Virus record (IMG/VR): IMGVR_UViG_3300045120_000291
Location: 1-63,024 of that record
Length of the DNA stretch: 63,024 nucleotides
From: a virus
Lineage: Duplodnaviria; Caudoviricetes
Direction: 5' to 3' (one strand)
In this document: piece by piece, positions 16,644 through 26,174 of the stretch
How the letters are laid out: each line of letters opens with the position of its first letter
Position numbering within the stretch: the first letter of the stretch is position 1
Program-made: the position numbers and the translations under genes
The notes under the pieces: generated by a model
The model's database searches: none
Told to the model about the DNA's origin: nothing
What the model saw: only the letters and a program-made list of their open reading frames with translations

Positions 16644-18188
16644 ATGGCAATTCCCTCAGTGCATCCGAAGTACGCCGACATCGCTATCGATTGGACGACT
16701 CTTCGCGATCTCTACAAAGGCGACAGACAAGTCAAAGCTAAAGGTGATGTTTACCTGCCTGCTACCGCAGGTATGAAGCTCGATGGTATGGGGCCGAACG
16801 GAGTTGGTCTCGACGCCTACAACGCCTACAAGGCTCGGGCAGTTGTTCCGGACTACATCCGTGAGGGCGTTGAAATCCTTGTCGGTCTGCTGCACCAGAA
16901 AAATGCTATCATCGAGTTACCTGCGGAGATGGAATCGCTCCGTGACAAGGCTACCATCAACGGAGAAACGCTGGTCGCACTGCATCGGCGAATCAATGTT
17001 GAACAGTTGATCACAGGGCGTGTCGGCCTGCTGGTAGATCTTCCGGAGGAGCCTGACCCGACAACGCCATTGCCATACATTGCTCTCTACGCAGGCGAAG
17101 CTGTAATCAATTGGGACGACAATACAGAGACGTCCGGTTTCAACGCCATCAACATGGTGGTGCTGAATGAAAGCAAGTACGAACGAGCAAACGAGTTCGA
17201 CTGGAAGTGGATGAATGCGTATCGCGTTCTCCAACTTGGCCCAATGCTCACCGACGAGCCTGAAGGAACGACGGTCTACAAACAAGGCTTCTTCACCTCA
17301 GAAACGGAAGCAGGGCTGACGTACTCCGAAGCGGATATGATCATTCCCATGCTGCGAGGTAAGTCGCTCGAAAGCATCCCGTTCACCTTCATCAATACCA
17401 AGGACCTCTTGGCTGCACCGGACCAGCCCCCGTTGATGGGTCTAGCCAACCTTTGCTTGACGGTGTATCGTACCGAAGCGGACTATCGCCAGTCCCTCTA
17501 CATGCAAGGACAGGATACCCTTGTGGTCATAGGTGGTGTTCGTAATTCCTCAGGCGTTGCGGGTGAGCCTGAGGCTATCCGAACAGGGGCAGGCGCGCGT
17601 ATCGATGTGGATGTGAGCGGCGATGCTAAATACATCGGTGTCGGCTCTGAAGGCCTTTCTGAGTTGCGCACGGCAGTTGAGAACGATCGCAAGCGCGCTC
17701 AAATCAAAGCAGGTGAATTGGTTCAGAGCGCAGGGTCGCAGCAAGAGAGCGGCGTAGCACTTAGCACCCGGTTCACCGCGCAGACTGCAACGCTGAATCA
17801 TATCGCGTTGTCTGGTGCTGGTGGTCTCGAGAATGCTTTGCGGCAGATTGCGAAGTGGATGGGGGCTGACCCCAAGAAAGTGAAGGTCACCCCGAACCTC
17901 GAGTTTATTAACTTCGCGCTGGACGGCCAGAACTTCCTGCAGATCATGACTGCTCGTTCTATGGGCTTGCCGATCTCCCTGGAAAGCCTGCATGCTGTCA
18001 TGGCTGATCGTGGTCTTACAGTTCTCGACTTCCCAACAGAGATGGCGAAGATCGCAGAAGAGAACAAGCTCATTGCCAAGATCCTTCCGAATGCTTCGGC
18101 ACCCGGCGCAGCTCCAAATAATGCGCCTCCCACGGGCCCATCGAAGCCTGTCAAGAAACCTGCAAAGAAACAACCTTCAGGGCAATGA
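16644..18188 (+). CDS. Portal protein (DUF4055-like)
   Basis: HPKY...W...RD...G...VK...YLP...Y..Y..RA N-terminus; follows terL. Confidence 0.9.
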   Translation: MAIPSVHPKYADIAIDWTTLRDLYKGDRQVKAKGDVYLPATAGMKLDGMGPNGVGLDAYNAYKARAVVPDYIREGVEILVGLLHQKNAIIELPAEMESLRDKATINGETLVALHRRINVEQLITGRVGLLVDLPEEPDPTTPLPYIALYAGEAVINWDDNTETSGFNAINMVVLNESKYERANEFDWKWMNAYRVLQLGPMLTDEPEGTTVYKQGFFTSETEAGLTYSEADMIIPMLRGKSLESIPFTFINTKDLLAAPDQPPLMGLANLCLTVYRTEADYRQSLYMQGQDTLVVIGGVRNSSGVAGEPEAIRTGAGARIDVDVSGDAKYIGVGSEGLSELRTAVENDRKRAQIKAGELVQSAGSQQESGVALSTRFTAQTATLNHIALSGAGGLENALRQIAKWMGADPKKVKVTPNLEFINFALDGQNFLQIMTARSMGLPISLESLHAVMADRGLTVLDFPTEMAKIAEENKLIAKILPNASAPGAAPNNAPPTGPSKPVKKPAKKQPSGQ

Positions 18189-18233
18189 CGCCTTGGATAA
18201 CAAAGCCGCATGACGGCTAATTAGGAGTAGAGC

Positions 18234-19052
18234 ATGGCTCTCAAAGCTGTAGTTGAAAAACTGGACGACGTTCCAGAAGCCTTCCGTGAACTCTATGCCC
18301 AACGAGGCGACAAGTTCGAAATCGTTGGTATCGAAGGAATGAAGACCCAGGCGGACGTTGATCGCTTGACGACTGCCCTTACCAAGGAAAGAACTGACCA
18401 CAAGCAGACCCGTGAGAAGTTCGCTCCGTTCGCCGACATGAACATCGAAGAAGTTCATGCCAAGCTGGATCGGATTCCTGAACTCGAAGCGGCGGCGGCT
18501 GGTAAACTGGACGAGAAGAAGTTGAACGAGTTGGTCGAAGCTCGCCTCGTCACCAAGGTCGCTCCGCTGAATCGCGAGTTGGAAACCCTTCGCAAGACGG
18601 TCGGCGAGAAAGACATCACGATCCAGAATTACACTGCCAAGGAAAAGCGGAACGCTATCAGCGCCGCAGTGACGGCAGCAGCTCGCAAGGCTGGTCTGCA
18701 GGATACGGCCATCGATGACGCTGTGCTGCTGGCAGAGCGAGTGTTCGAACTCGGCGATGACGGCCAGACCGTTACTGCTAAAGACGGCGTCGGCTGTACG
18801 CCTGGCATCGACCCGGTCGTGTGGTTCAGCGAGATGCAGACCAAGCGTCCGCACTGGTGGGGCCCGTCGAAAGGCGGTGGCGCTGGCGGTGGCAGTGGTA
18901 ATTCCGGCCCGGGTCTCAATCCGTGGTCTCATGCCAATTGGAACATGACGGAACAGGCCCGCATCTATAAGGAAAGTCCTGCTCGTGCTGACCAGTTGGC
19001 CAAGAGCGCTGGAACGACCATTGGCGGTCAGAAACCGGCGGCCAGTAAATAA
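18234..19052 (+). CDS. Capsid scaffolding protein
   Basis: Coiled coil; PHWW...GGGAGG and NPW motifs; precedes the MCP. Confidence 0.8.
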   Translation: MALKAVVEKLDDVPEAFRELYAQRGDKFEIVGIEGMKTQADVDRLTTALTKERTDHKQTREKFAPFADMNIEEVHAKLDRIPELEAAAAGKLDEKKLNELVEARLVTKVAPLNRELETLRKTVGEKDITIQNYTAKEKRNAISAAVTAAARKAGLQDTAIDDAVLLAERVFELGDDGQTVTAKDGVGCTPGIDPVVWFSEMQTKRPHWWGPSKGGGAGGGSGNSGPGLNPWSHANWNMTEQARIYKESPARADQLAKSAGTTIGGQKPAASK

Positions 19053-19067
19053 TCATGCGATAGGGGC

Positions 19068-19096
19068 TTGCAAATCGATAAGGCTCATGTTACATT
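19068..19096 (+). promoter_or_regulatory. Sigma70-type promoter for the capsid gene
   Basis: TTGCAA-N17-TACATT. Confidence 0.55.
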
Positions 19097-19192
19097 GCGA
19101 CCGTGTGGCATGAGCCATATCCAGTTTAGAGGCAGGCCATGGGGCTGCGCTTCGAGTTTATCACTTGAACCCAGCCAATCAGGAGAACTCCC

Positions 19193-20218
19193 ATGGCCAG
19201 TGGCACCGTTCGGATCGCCGACGTCGTCGTACCCGAAATCTTCACTCCGTACACCCAACAGCTGACCGAAGAAAAGTCGCGCTTGATCCGATCCGGCGCG
19301 GTTGCCCGCGATGCCGTGTTGGACACGCTGCTCGCCGGCGGCGGTCTCACGTTCAATAACCCGTCCTTCAAGGACCTGGACAACGACGCGGAAAACGTCA
19401 GCTCGGATGACCCGGCTGTCAATTCCACGCCGAACAAGCTGGGCAGCGCGACCGAAATCCAGGTGCGCCTGTCCCGCAACAACTCGTGGAGCTCCATGGA
19501 CCTCGCTGCCGACCTGATCGGCCGTGACCCGCTCGCAGCCATCAGCGGCCGCGTTGCGGACTACTGGGTCCGCCGTCTGCAGCTCGCTTTCATCGCAACG
19601 ATGAAGGGCATCTTCCTCAACAACGACGCTGCAACCGACGCGTATCACACGCAGTACGATATGACCCATGACGTTTCGGGTAGCTCGTACAGCGCAGGCG
19701 TGACCAATTTCACCGCTGAAGCGTTCATCGACGGTGCCCTGACCATGGGCGACTCGATGGAAGCACTCGGCATGATCTTCGTCCACTCCATTGTGTACGG
19801 TCGCATGCAGAAGAACAACCTGATCGACTTCATCCCGGACTCCGAAGGTCGCATCAACATCCCGACCTTCCTCGGCCGTATCGTGATCGTCGATGACGGC
19901 ATGCCCAACACCGGCGGCGTGTTCGATAGCTGGATGTTCGGCGCCGGCTCCGTCCGCATGGGCATGGGCTCTCCGTTGGTTCCGACCGAGACGCTGCGCG
20001 TCCCATCGGCCGGTAACGGCGGTGGCCAGGATACCCTGTTCAATCGCGTCGAGTGGTGCATCCACCCGGTCGGCAACGCCTATGTCGGCACTGCTGCATC
20101 CGGTGGTCCGTCCAACGCCTCGAGCTCCAACAACCTGGGCGCGGCGGCTTCTTGGCAGCGTGTCTTCCCGGAACGCAAGCAGATCCACATCGCGCGACTG
20201 AAGACCCGGGAATACTAG
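19193..20218 (+). CDS. Major capsid protein
   Basis: IADVVVPEIFTPY, DP...I...VADYW, HS.VY, TFLGR.VIVDD and HPVG motifs; strong codon bias; followed by a terminator. Confidence 0.92.
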   Translation: MASGTVRIADVVVPEIFTPYTQQLTEEKSRLIRSGAVARDAVLDTLLAGGGLTFNNPSFKDLDNDAENVSSDDPAVNSTPNKLGSATEIQVRLSRNNSWSSMDLAADLIGRDPLAAISGRVADYWVRRLQLAFIATMKGIFLNNDAATDAYHTQYDMTHDVSGSSYSAGVTNFTAEAFIDGALTMGDSMEALGMIFVHSIVYGRMQKNNLIDFIPDSEGRINIPTFLGRIVIVDDGMPNTGGVFDSWMFGAGSVRMGMGSPLVPTETLRVPSAGNGGGQDTLFNRVEWCIHPVGNAYVGTAASGGPSNASSSNNLGAAASWQRVFPERKQIHIARLKTREY

Positions 20219-20237
20219 GTCTAAGTCAAGTCAGGCA

Positions 20238-20263
20238 ACTAAGGGCGCTTCGGCGCCCTTAGT
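20238..20263 (+). terminator. Terminator-like hairpin after the MCP
   Basis: ACTAAGGGCGC-TTCG-GCGCCCTTAGT; weak U-tract. Confidence 0.7.
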
Positions 20264-20303
20264 CGTCGAAAGTTCGTGTTTAGCCTAAATAAAGGAAAAT
20301 ATC

Positions 20304-21497
20304 ATGGCTCGCACACCTCGGCTCCGCCATATGCGCCACGCTCACTATGAACGTCGCGACCGTTCCGACAACCTCAATGCATTCCTGAACGATCGGGCAA
20401 CTGCCCTCGCAGGAACCGGAACCGCCAAAACCTTCACCGCAACCGTCACCAAGGCAGCCGCAACGCTGACCTTCGGCGCGAACGCAGGCAACACGAAGAC
20501 CGTTACCATCAACGGGCGCGTGTATACCTTCAAGACTGCGCTGACGGAAGCTGCTGCGGTCAAGGCAACCGGCACCCTCACGGGTTCCGCCAACTTCAAC
20601 GACACCGAGACGATCACCATCGGCTCGAAAGTCTACACGATGCAGGCCACGCTGACGAATGTCGACGGCCACATCAAGATCGGTGCTTCCCTCACTGCCT
20701 CTTTGCTGAATCTGCTCCACGCAATCAACGGCTCTGGTGGCACCAGTGGCACGGACTATGCAGCAGCGAACACAGCACACACGACTGTCGATGCTACCGC
20801 CTCAGACGCCACGACCCTGTCGTTGCGCGCCAAGCCGGCAGGCACCGCAGGCAACGCATACGCGACAACGGAGACTTCTTCGGTCGCAGCTTTCGGCGCA
20901 GTCACTCTGACGGGTGGCGCGGCTGCGGTCGCTGCGGTAGTCGACGAGGTGCTGGTCGGCGCAACCGCATCGGACTCCCTGGACAACCTGATCGCAGCTA
21001 TCAACGCAGCCGGTGGCGCTGGTACGACCTACTCCACCGGCACGACCGCCAACACTGTGGTCACGGCGGCTGCTGGCGCAGGTGATACGATGGTTGCTAC
21101 GGCAATCGTTGGCGGCTTGGTGCCGAACGACTATGCAGTCTCGACCAATATCACCTCCGCCTCTTGGGGCACGGCGACTCTGGCAGGCGGCGCGCTGACT
21201 GCCAGCCTGGCTTCGAACAGTCATGGTTTTGCGCTCGAGGAAGGCCCGTTCGTGTTGACCACAAGCGGAACCCTGCCTACAGGCCTGTCCCTCAACACGA
21301 AGTATTGGATTGTAGCGAAGAGCGCCAATGCGTTCACGCTCTCCACTTCGAAGGGTGGTCCGAACGCCAATTACACGTCAGCCGGCAGCGGTACTCACAC
21401 CATGACCAAGAGCGCCGCCGCAGAGGCTGTGTTCGAGGCTATGAAGGTGCAAGGCCCTGAAGTTATCCGTGATGCCACGGATATCGATGCTGTCTAA
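20304..21497 (+). CDS. Ala/Thr/Gly-rich virion structural protein (possible head decoration)
   Basis: Internally repeated TI...VYT...(I/V)GA....SL.NL..AIN units; next to the MCP. Confidence 0.7.
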   Translation: MARTPRLRHMRHAHYERRDRSDNLNAFLNDRATALAGTGTAKTFTATVTKAAATLTFGANAGNTKTVTINGRVYTFKTALTEAAAVKATGTLTGSANFNDTETITIGSKVYTMQATLTNVDGHIKIGASLTASLLNLLHAINGSGGTSGTDYAAANTAHTTVDATASDATTLSLRAKPAGTAGNAYATTETSSVAAFGAVTLTGGAAAVAAVVDEVLVGATASDSLDNLIAAINAAGGAGTTYSTGTTANTVVTAAAGAGDTMVATAIVGGLVPNDYAVSTNITSASWGTATLAGGALTASLASNSHGFALEEGPFVLTTSGTLPTGLSLNTKYWIVAKSANAFTLSTSKGGPNANYTSAGSGTHTMTKSAAAEAVFEAMKVQGPEVIRDATDIDAV

Positions 21498-21507
21498 GGA
21501 GAAGTAA

Positions 21508-22170
21508 ATGCTACCTGTCAAAGAAGCTGTTGAAAAACTCGACCCATCCAATGATGCGCATTGGACGCAGGATGGTTTGCCGTTGGTTGATGCCGTTCGC
21601 ATTCTCGCTGGCAATCCCGGCGTGACTCGCGATGATATCAACAAGGCGCTCCCCGGTTTCGTGCGTCCGCAGGCCGCTACGCCGTCCGCAGGTGCCCCGC
21701 CACCTCCGCCCGTGCAGGGTGCTACCAGCGACACCCCGATCTCGGCCCCTGCCGCCGCACAGGCCGAGCAGCCGCCGGAAGATCCGGGTGCATTGGTACA
21801 GGCGCCCATGGTTGCCGATGTCGGCGATCTGGAAGCCATGCAAAACAGCTTGGCGGATATGCGCGTCGATTTCGACGATGCAACCAAGGCCTTGGCGGAA
21901 GCCAAGCAGCGCGTCCATGATCTCCAGAACAACATGAGCGTTCTGGAAGACAAGATCCTCAAGGCGACCAAGGCTTCGGGCGAGAACCCGGTCATGAGCT
22001 ACCTCGAGCGTCAGAAGCAGGAATTGGCCGAACGCGCTCGGAAGCAGAACATGATCCGCGAAAGCGGTATCGACCTGAAAGCGCTCGGTGAAGGCATGAA
22101 AGCTCCCATCGATGCTGCTTTCCAGCGTCGGACTGCCCGCGGCGGGAATCGCCCGACTGGCGCCCGGTGA
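21508..22170 (+). CDS. Conserved head-region protein
   Basis: LDP.ND.HWT.DGLP N-domain, Pro/Ala linker, coiled coil. Confidence 0.7.
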   Translation: MLPVKEAVEKLDPSNDAHWTQDGLPLVDAVRILAGNPGVTRDDINKALPGFVRPQAATPSAGAPPPPPVQGATSDTPISAPAAAQAEQPPEDPGALVQAPMVADVGDLEAMQNSLADMRVDFDDATKALAEAKQRVHDLQNNMSVLEDKILKATKASGENPVMSYLERQKQELAERARKQNMIRESGIDLKALGEGMKAPIDAAFQRRTARGGNRPTGAR

Positions 22171-24578
22171 ACTCGCTTGCCTTCCAACGGTACAGAATTG
22201 TCACGGGCCGCAAACGCCGGCGTGATCTATCTGCTTTTGCAGACCTGATTGCATCGCCCGCTTCCGGTCCCGTGACACTCCCAGCTAACGGAAGGCTGGC
22301 ATTCATCTCTTCATCCGCAGCTAACGCAGGCGACCCAGTTGCCACGGTAGTCGGACCGACCTCTTACACGATTACCTCGCCTACTCGTGCAGCGGGCGAA
22401 CCCCTCTTCATGGAATTCGAGGAAGGCACTGTGGTCACGATCACAGGGGCCTTCGATTTGTACGTCTCTGACGCAGTCGGAGAACTCTTTCAAATCACTG
22501 GTGGTTCCGCGCCCTCTTTCGATTGGCCGGACTTGCTTACGGGTCCGACTGTTGGCATGTGGCTCAATCCGGCAATCACGACTTCGGTCTTTACGACTTC
22601 TGCTGGTTCGACGCAAGCTGCGCAATCTGATCCAGTTGGTCGCGTCGAAGATCTGTTCGGCAATGGTCGACATGCAACGCAGGCCAACACCGCGCTTCGT
22701 CATACTCTGAGCACGCGCGTCGGTGAACCGATGATGCGAATCAACATGGTTGGCCACGGTGGTGTAGACGTTGACAGTTCGTTGGACTTGCCTGCGGCAC
22801 TTCAGAATAAGACTGGCTGCTATATGTGGGCTTTGTCGATGAATGGTGTTGAGCACGGTGTCATCGACACAAATACACGCTTGCCTTTTTTCCAGTTCAT
22901 GGAAATGGTGATCATCGACCGCATTCCGAATCCCACCGAGATCGCAGCTGGCGTGGCAAAGCTCGAATCGCGCCTTGTCGATTATCACGATATCGATATT
23001 GAGACCGACAGCTTGCAGCTGACGAAATGGGCGCCGAGCTACTACACGCACGGTTATGACTATGATTTCAGCACGGGCGCAGGAGCCTCGGTCGGTTTGG
23101 TGTTCCAGACTACAGCGCCGTCGGCGCTGTGCCCTCCGGACTGGGATGGTAACTATGGGTATGGAAGCTCGCAGCATCCGACGGTTGGTGAGTACGCGGA
23201 CTTTGTGATTGCTTCCCCCAGTACGCTCAACAACCTTGGCGTGACGTTGGATTCGGGCGGCGTTGGTAAGTTCGCCACCACGCAAGTCAAGGCCTTGTTT
23301 GACGGCCTGCCTGCGCTGGAGTCGGTGACCTTCGGTGGGCACCCGCGTATTGAAGGCTTCTTGCCTGACGCGTCCTTGTGGCCGTCGGGACTGCAAATCT
23401 ACTATACGTGGAAATATCTCAACGCCGGGACGCAGCAGATGTGCGGGCGCTGGCCAGACTTTAGCGCTATGGCGTGTAAGGACACGCTCGAAGTGTTCGT
23501 CAGCCCCGTAACCGAGATTTCTGGTCCGTTGGACTTGTCCGTGTGTCCGAATCTTCGGGTAATCCAGTTACATCTTAATCCGTACTTGACCTCGGTAGAT
23601 TTGCATGGGTTGGCGAATCTAGCCTCGTTTGGCTATTACGGGATAGGCGGCAATGTTCGGATGACGTACTTCGATAGTTCGAATTGTCCGAGTGTAAATA
23701 CAACGCAATTCGTCGCTCCGGCGTTGCAAATTTTGAAGTTGTCAAATACGCAGTGCTCCGGGTATTGGCAGGGCTTCCATGTCAATGGCGGTAGTGGTGG
23801 AGATGCTATGCCGGCCGTGCAGCATATCTACATGGATGGTTGCGACGGTATGAGCACATGGCAAGTCGGAACGAACTTCGCCCACGCCAACACCACGACC
23901 CTGACCGCGACGGTCGCCGGCTCGGCGTTCTCGGGAACGTCGGCCAGCAACTTCATCGGCCCCAGCAACTGTGATGTCATCACCGATTGCGACATCCATA
24001 ACTGTACGGGTGTTGGCAACCTAATCTGCTACGCCAACCCGCTGCTGGTGAACATGGACGTGTCGGGACTGACCGATCTGATTTATGCGATGGTGAACAC
24101 CTGTCCGTCGTTGACAGCACTGAACTTTGCAGGGGCAGTGAATCTTGCAGACATGCAGTGTCAGGATTTGGATGCGCTGACTACGTTCTACGTGCTCGAT
24201 AGCCCGCTGATCCACCGCTGTATCTTGAATGGTCACGCCTTAGCGGCAATCGACCTTCACGGGTTGACCCTGCTTAATGAGGTGACGTTGTATCCCGCGC
24301 CTAACACTGTTACCGTCGACATGCACGACACGGCAACCACGAGTTCCGGGTTTGATCACGGTTCGTCCGAAGCGCCTCTGCTAAAAAACTTCAATGCTAA
24401 CGGTTGTGACTGGGCGTCGGTTACTCTTGACGGCTTCCTTGCATGGATGGATGCCAAGGCATTGAGCGGCGGAAACATTGATATCCGTGTGCGCGGTGGT
24501 ATCGCGCCTGGCACTAGTGGTCTGACCCATATCACCAATCTCGTCGGTCGAAGCTACACGGTTCTCTATAACCCGTAA
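22167..24578 (+). CDS. 803-aa putative virion protein with leucine-rich-repeat-like region
   Basis: GTGA overlap; DPVGRVEDLFGNGRHATQ motif; repeats such as LDLSVCPNLRVIQLHLNPYLTSVDLHGLANL. Confidence 0.7.
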   Translation: MNSLAFQRYRIVTGRKRRRDLSAFADLIASPASGPVTLPANGRLAFISSSAANAGDPVATVVGPTSYTITSPTRAAGEPLFMEFEEGTVVTITGAFDLYVSDAVGELFQITGGSAPSFDWPDLLTGPTVGMWLNPAITTSVFTTSAGSTQAAQSDPVGRVEDLFGNGRHATQANTALRHTLSTRVGEPMMRINMVGHGGVDVDSSLDLPAALQNKTGCYMWALSMNGVEHGVIDTNTRLPFFQFMEMVIIDRIPNPTEIAAGVAKLESRLVDYHDIDIETDSLQLTKWAPSYYTHGYDYDFSTGAGASVGLVFQTTAPSALCPPDWDGNYGYGSSQHPTVGEYADFVIASPSTLNNLGVTLDSGGVGKFATTQVKALFDGLPALESVTFGGHPRIEGFLPDASLWPSGLQIYYTWKYLNAGTQQMCGRWPDFSAMACKDTLEVFVSPVTEISGPLDLSVCPNLRVIQLHLNPYLTSVDLHGLANLASFGYYGIGGNVRMTYFDSSNCPSVNTTQFVAPALQILKLSNTQCSGYWQGFHVNGGSGGDAMPAVQHIYMDGCDGMSTWQVGTNFAHANTTTLTATVAGSAFSGTSASNFIGPSNCDVITDCDIHNCTGVGNLICYANPLLVNMDVSGLTDLIYAMVNTCPSLTALNFAGAVNLADMQCQDLDALTTFYVLDSPLIHRCILNGHALAAIDLHGLTLLNEVTLYPAPNTVTVDMHDTATTSSGFDHGSSEAPLLKNFNANGCDWASVTLDGFLAWMDAKALSGGNIDIRVRGGIAPGTSGLTHITNLVGRSYTVLYNP

Positions 24579-24587
24579 GGAACACCC

Positions 24588-24824
24588 ATGAACGTCCCGA
24601 ATCCCAGCTTCCCACCGCATTCCCCGCGCGCCCGCATGGCTGCTCTGCAAGATCAGATCAACGAACTTCACGGCGTTGTGGTCAAACTGGTGGAGAAAGT
24701 CGATCCGAAAGCAGCGGCTGAAATCGAACCTGCAAAGGCTGAAGCAAGTAATACCCCGTTAATCGATATGTCAGCTCAAGTGACTGCGTTGACGGATCAA
24801 GTCAACGCTGTTCTCGGTAGCTGA
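24588..24824 (+). CDS. Hypothetical coiled-coil protein
   Basis: AAGGA SD. Confidence 0.6.
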   Translation: MNVPNPSFPPHSPRARMAALQDQINELHGVVVKLVEKVDPKAAAEIEPAKAEASNTPLIDMSAQVTALTDQVNAVLGS

Positions 24825-24839
24825 TACTGAAGGTGCAAA

Positions 24840-25370
24840 ATGACGCTTATCGTTGAAGATGGAACTGGGCTGCCGAATTCGAATTCGTATGCAGACGCCA
24901 CCTTTGCGGATGCGTATTTTCTTGATCGGAACAATTCAACTTGGGCAGCTCTCAGCGGAACGCAGAAAGACGCGGCGCTAATTGCTGCAACAGATTATAT
25001 CGATGTTCGTTTCGGACCGCTATTCAAGGGGCTGATCCTTCTCGACTCGGCTGTCGATCCTGACGTCGTGACGCAGGCTCTTCAGTTCCCTCGTGATGCC
25101 TTCTCAGGGGTGCCAATCAATGTCAAGAAAGCCACTGCGGAATATGCGGTCCGGGCCTCGTCTTCTCCGTTGGCACCAGACCTCGATGTGGATTCATCTG
25201 GCTTTGAGATTTCGCGCAAATATGAGAAGGTGGGCCCGATTGAGGAAAGAACTGACTTTGCGACAAGCGGAGCAGGGTCGAGCAGGCTTTACTTCAAGCC
25301 CTATCCGGCGGTAGATGCTTTACTGCGGCCGTTCTTCCGTGGCAATGGAAGCTCAGTGATCAGGAATTAA
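24840..25370 (+). CDS. Head-tail adaptor
   Basis: LIVEDGTG...NSY....ADAYF..R, ATDYID, QALQFPR and KVGPIE motifs. Confidence 0.85.
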   Translation: MTLIVEDGTGLPNSNSYADATFADAYFLDRNNSTWAALSGTQKDAALIAATDYIDVRFGPLFKGLILLDSAVDPDVVTQALQFPRDAFSGVPINVKKATAEYAVRASSSPLAPDLDVDSSGFEISRKYEKVGPIEERTDFATSGAGSSRLYFKPYPAVDALLRPFFRGNGSSVIRN

Positions 25371-25371
25371 A

Positions 25372-25749
25372 ATGGCTGACCACGCGCGCTTCGTTGCATT
25401 GGCGACCCGACTGATCGAAAAGAACGGTCGCGATGTCATACTGAAGGAGAAATCCGGAACTGCGACGGATACGAACAAACCTTGGAAGGGTTCAACCTCT
25501 TCCCCTACTGTTCTGGGAACTGTCAAAGCTGTATTTGTTCCATTTAGAGGATTCGAGTTCGGTAGCACGTTTACAGATGACGAGTTGATGAAATCGGTTG
25601 ATGAAGTTTGTCTGATTGCTGGAGGAAATGACGCATTTGACAATACTACTTTGATTTATGATGAAACGAAAGACTTAAAGGTCGAATGGATTCGCAGGCT
25701 TCGTCCTGCCGATTTAACCGTCCTTTATGCCTTTGGAGTAATGCGGTGA
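25372..25749 (+). CDS. Head-tail joining (stopper) protein
   Basis: A.RLI.KNGR.V; synteny. Confidence 0.7.
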   Translation: MADHARFVALATRLIEKNGRDVILKEKSGTATDTNKPWKGSTSSPTVLGTVKAVFVPFRGFEFGSTFTDDELMKSVDEVCLIAGGNDAFDNTTLIYDETKDLKVEWIRRLRPADLTVLYAFGVMR

Positions 25750-26174
25750 GTTGCTCGTTTGCTGAAGCCCGCGATGAGATAATGACGGTGTTCAAATCCG
25801 TCTGGGATGGTACTGGGCATCAGGCGACTTATACCGATGTACCAGCGACACCGCCCGATAGCAATTCGGTGTGGGCTCGTGCTATACTTCGCCACGCAAC
25901 AGGTGCTCAAGCTTCTTTATCAGGTCCGATAAATGGAGCTACCCGTTGGAACAATGGCGGAACAGTGTTCATTCAGGTCTTTGGTCCAGTGGGCGACGGT
26001 TCCAGTGCGGCGTATGACGCAGCTAAAATCGTTGCGGATGCCTACAAAGGTGCTAGAAATCTTAGTGTCTGGTTTCGTAATGTCAGGATCAATGAGGTCG
26101 GGACTCGCGGGGCCTTCGAACAAATCAATGTCCTTGCTGATTTCTCATACGACGAAATAAGGAGCTTCCCATGA
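25746..26174 (+). CDS. Tail terminator protein
   Basis: GTGA overlap; G.VFIQVF.P.G.G motif; precedes the major tail gene. Confidence 0.75.
   Translation: MSCSFAEARDEIMTVFKSVWDGTGHQATYTDVPATPPDSNSVWARAILRHATGAQASLSGPINGATRWNNGGTVFIQVFGPVGDGSSAAYDAAKIVADAYKGARNLSVWFRNVRINEVGTRGAFEQINVLADFSYDEIRSFP

Noticed and set aside
19085-20188. Long antisense ORFs (also 22311-23396 and 46925-47926)
   Set aside because: They are shadows of strongly codon-biased genes on the opposite strand, with no motifs.
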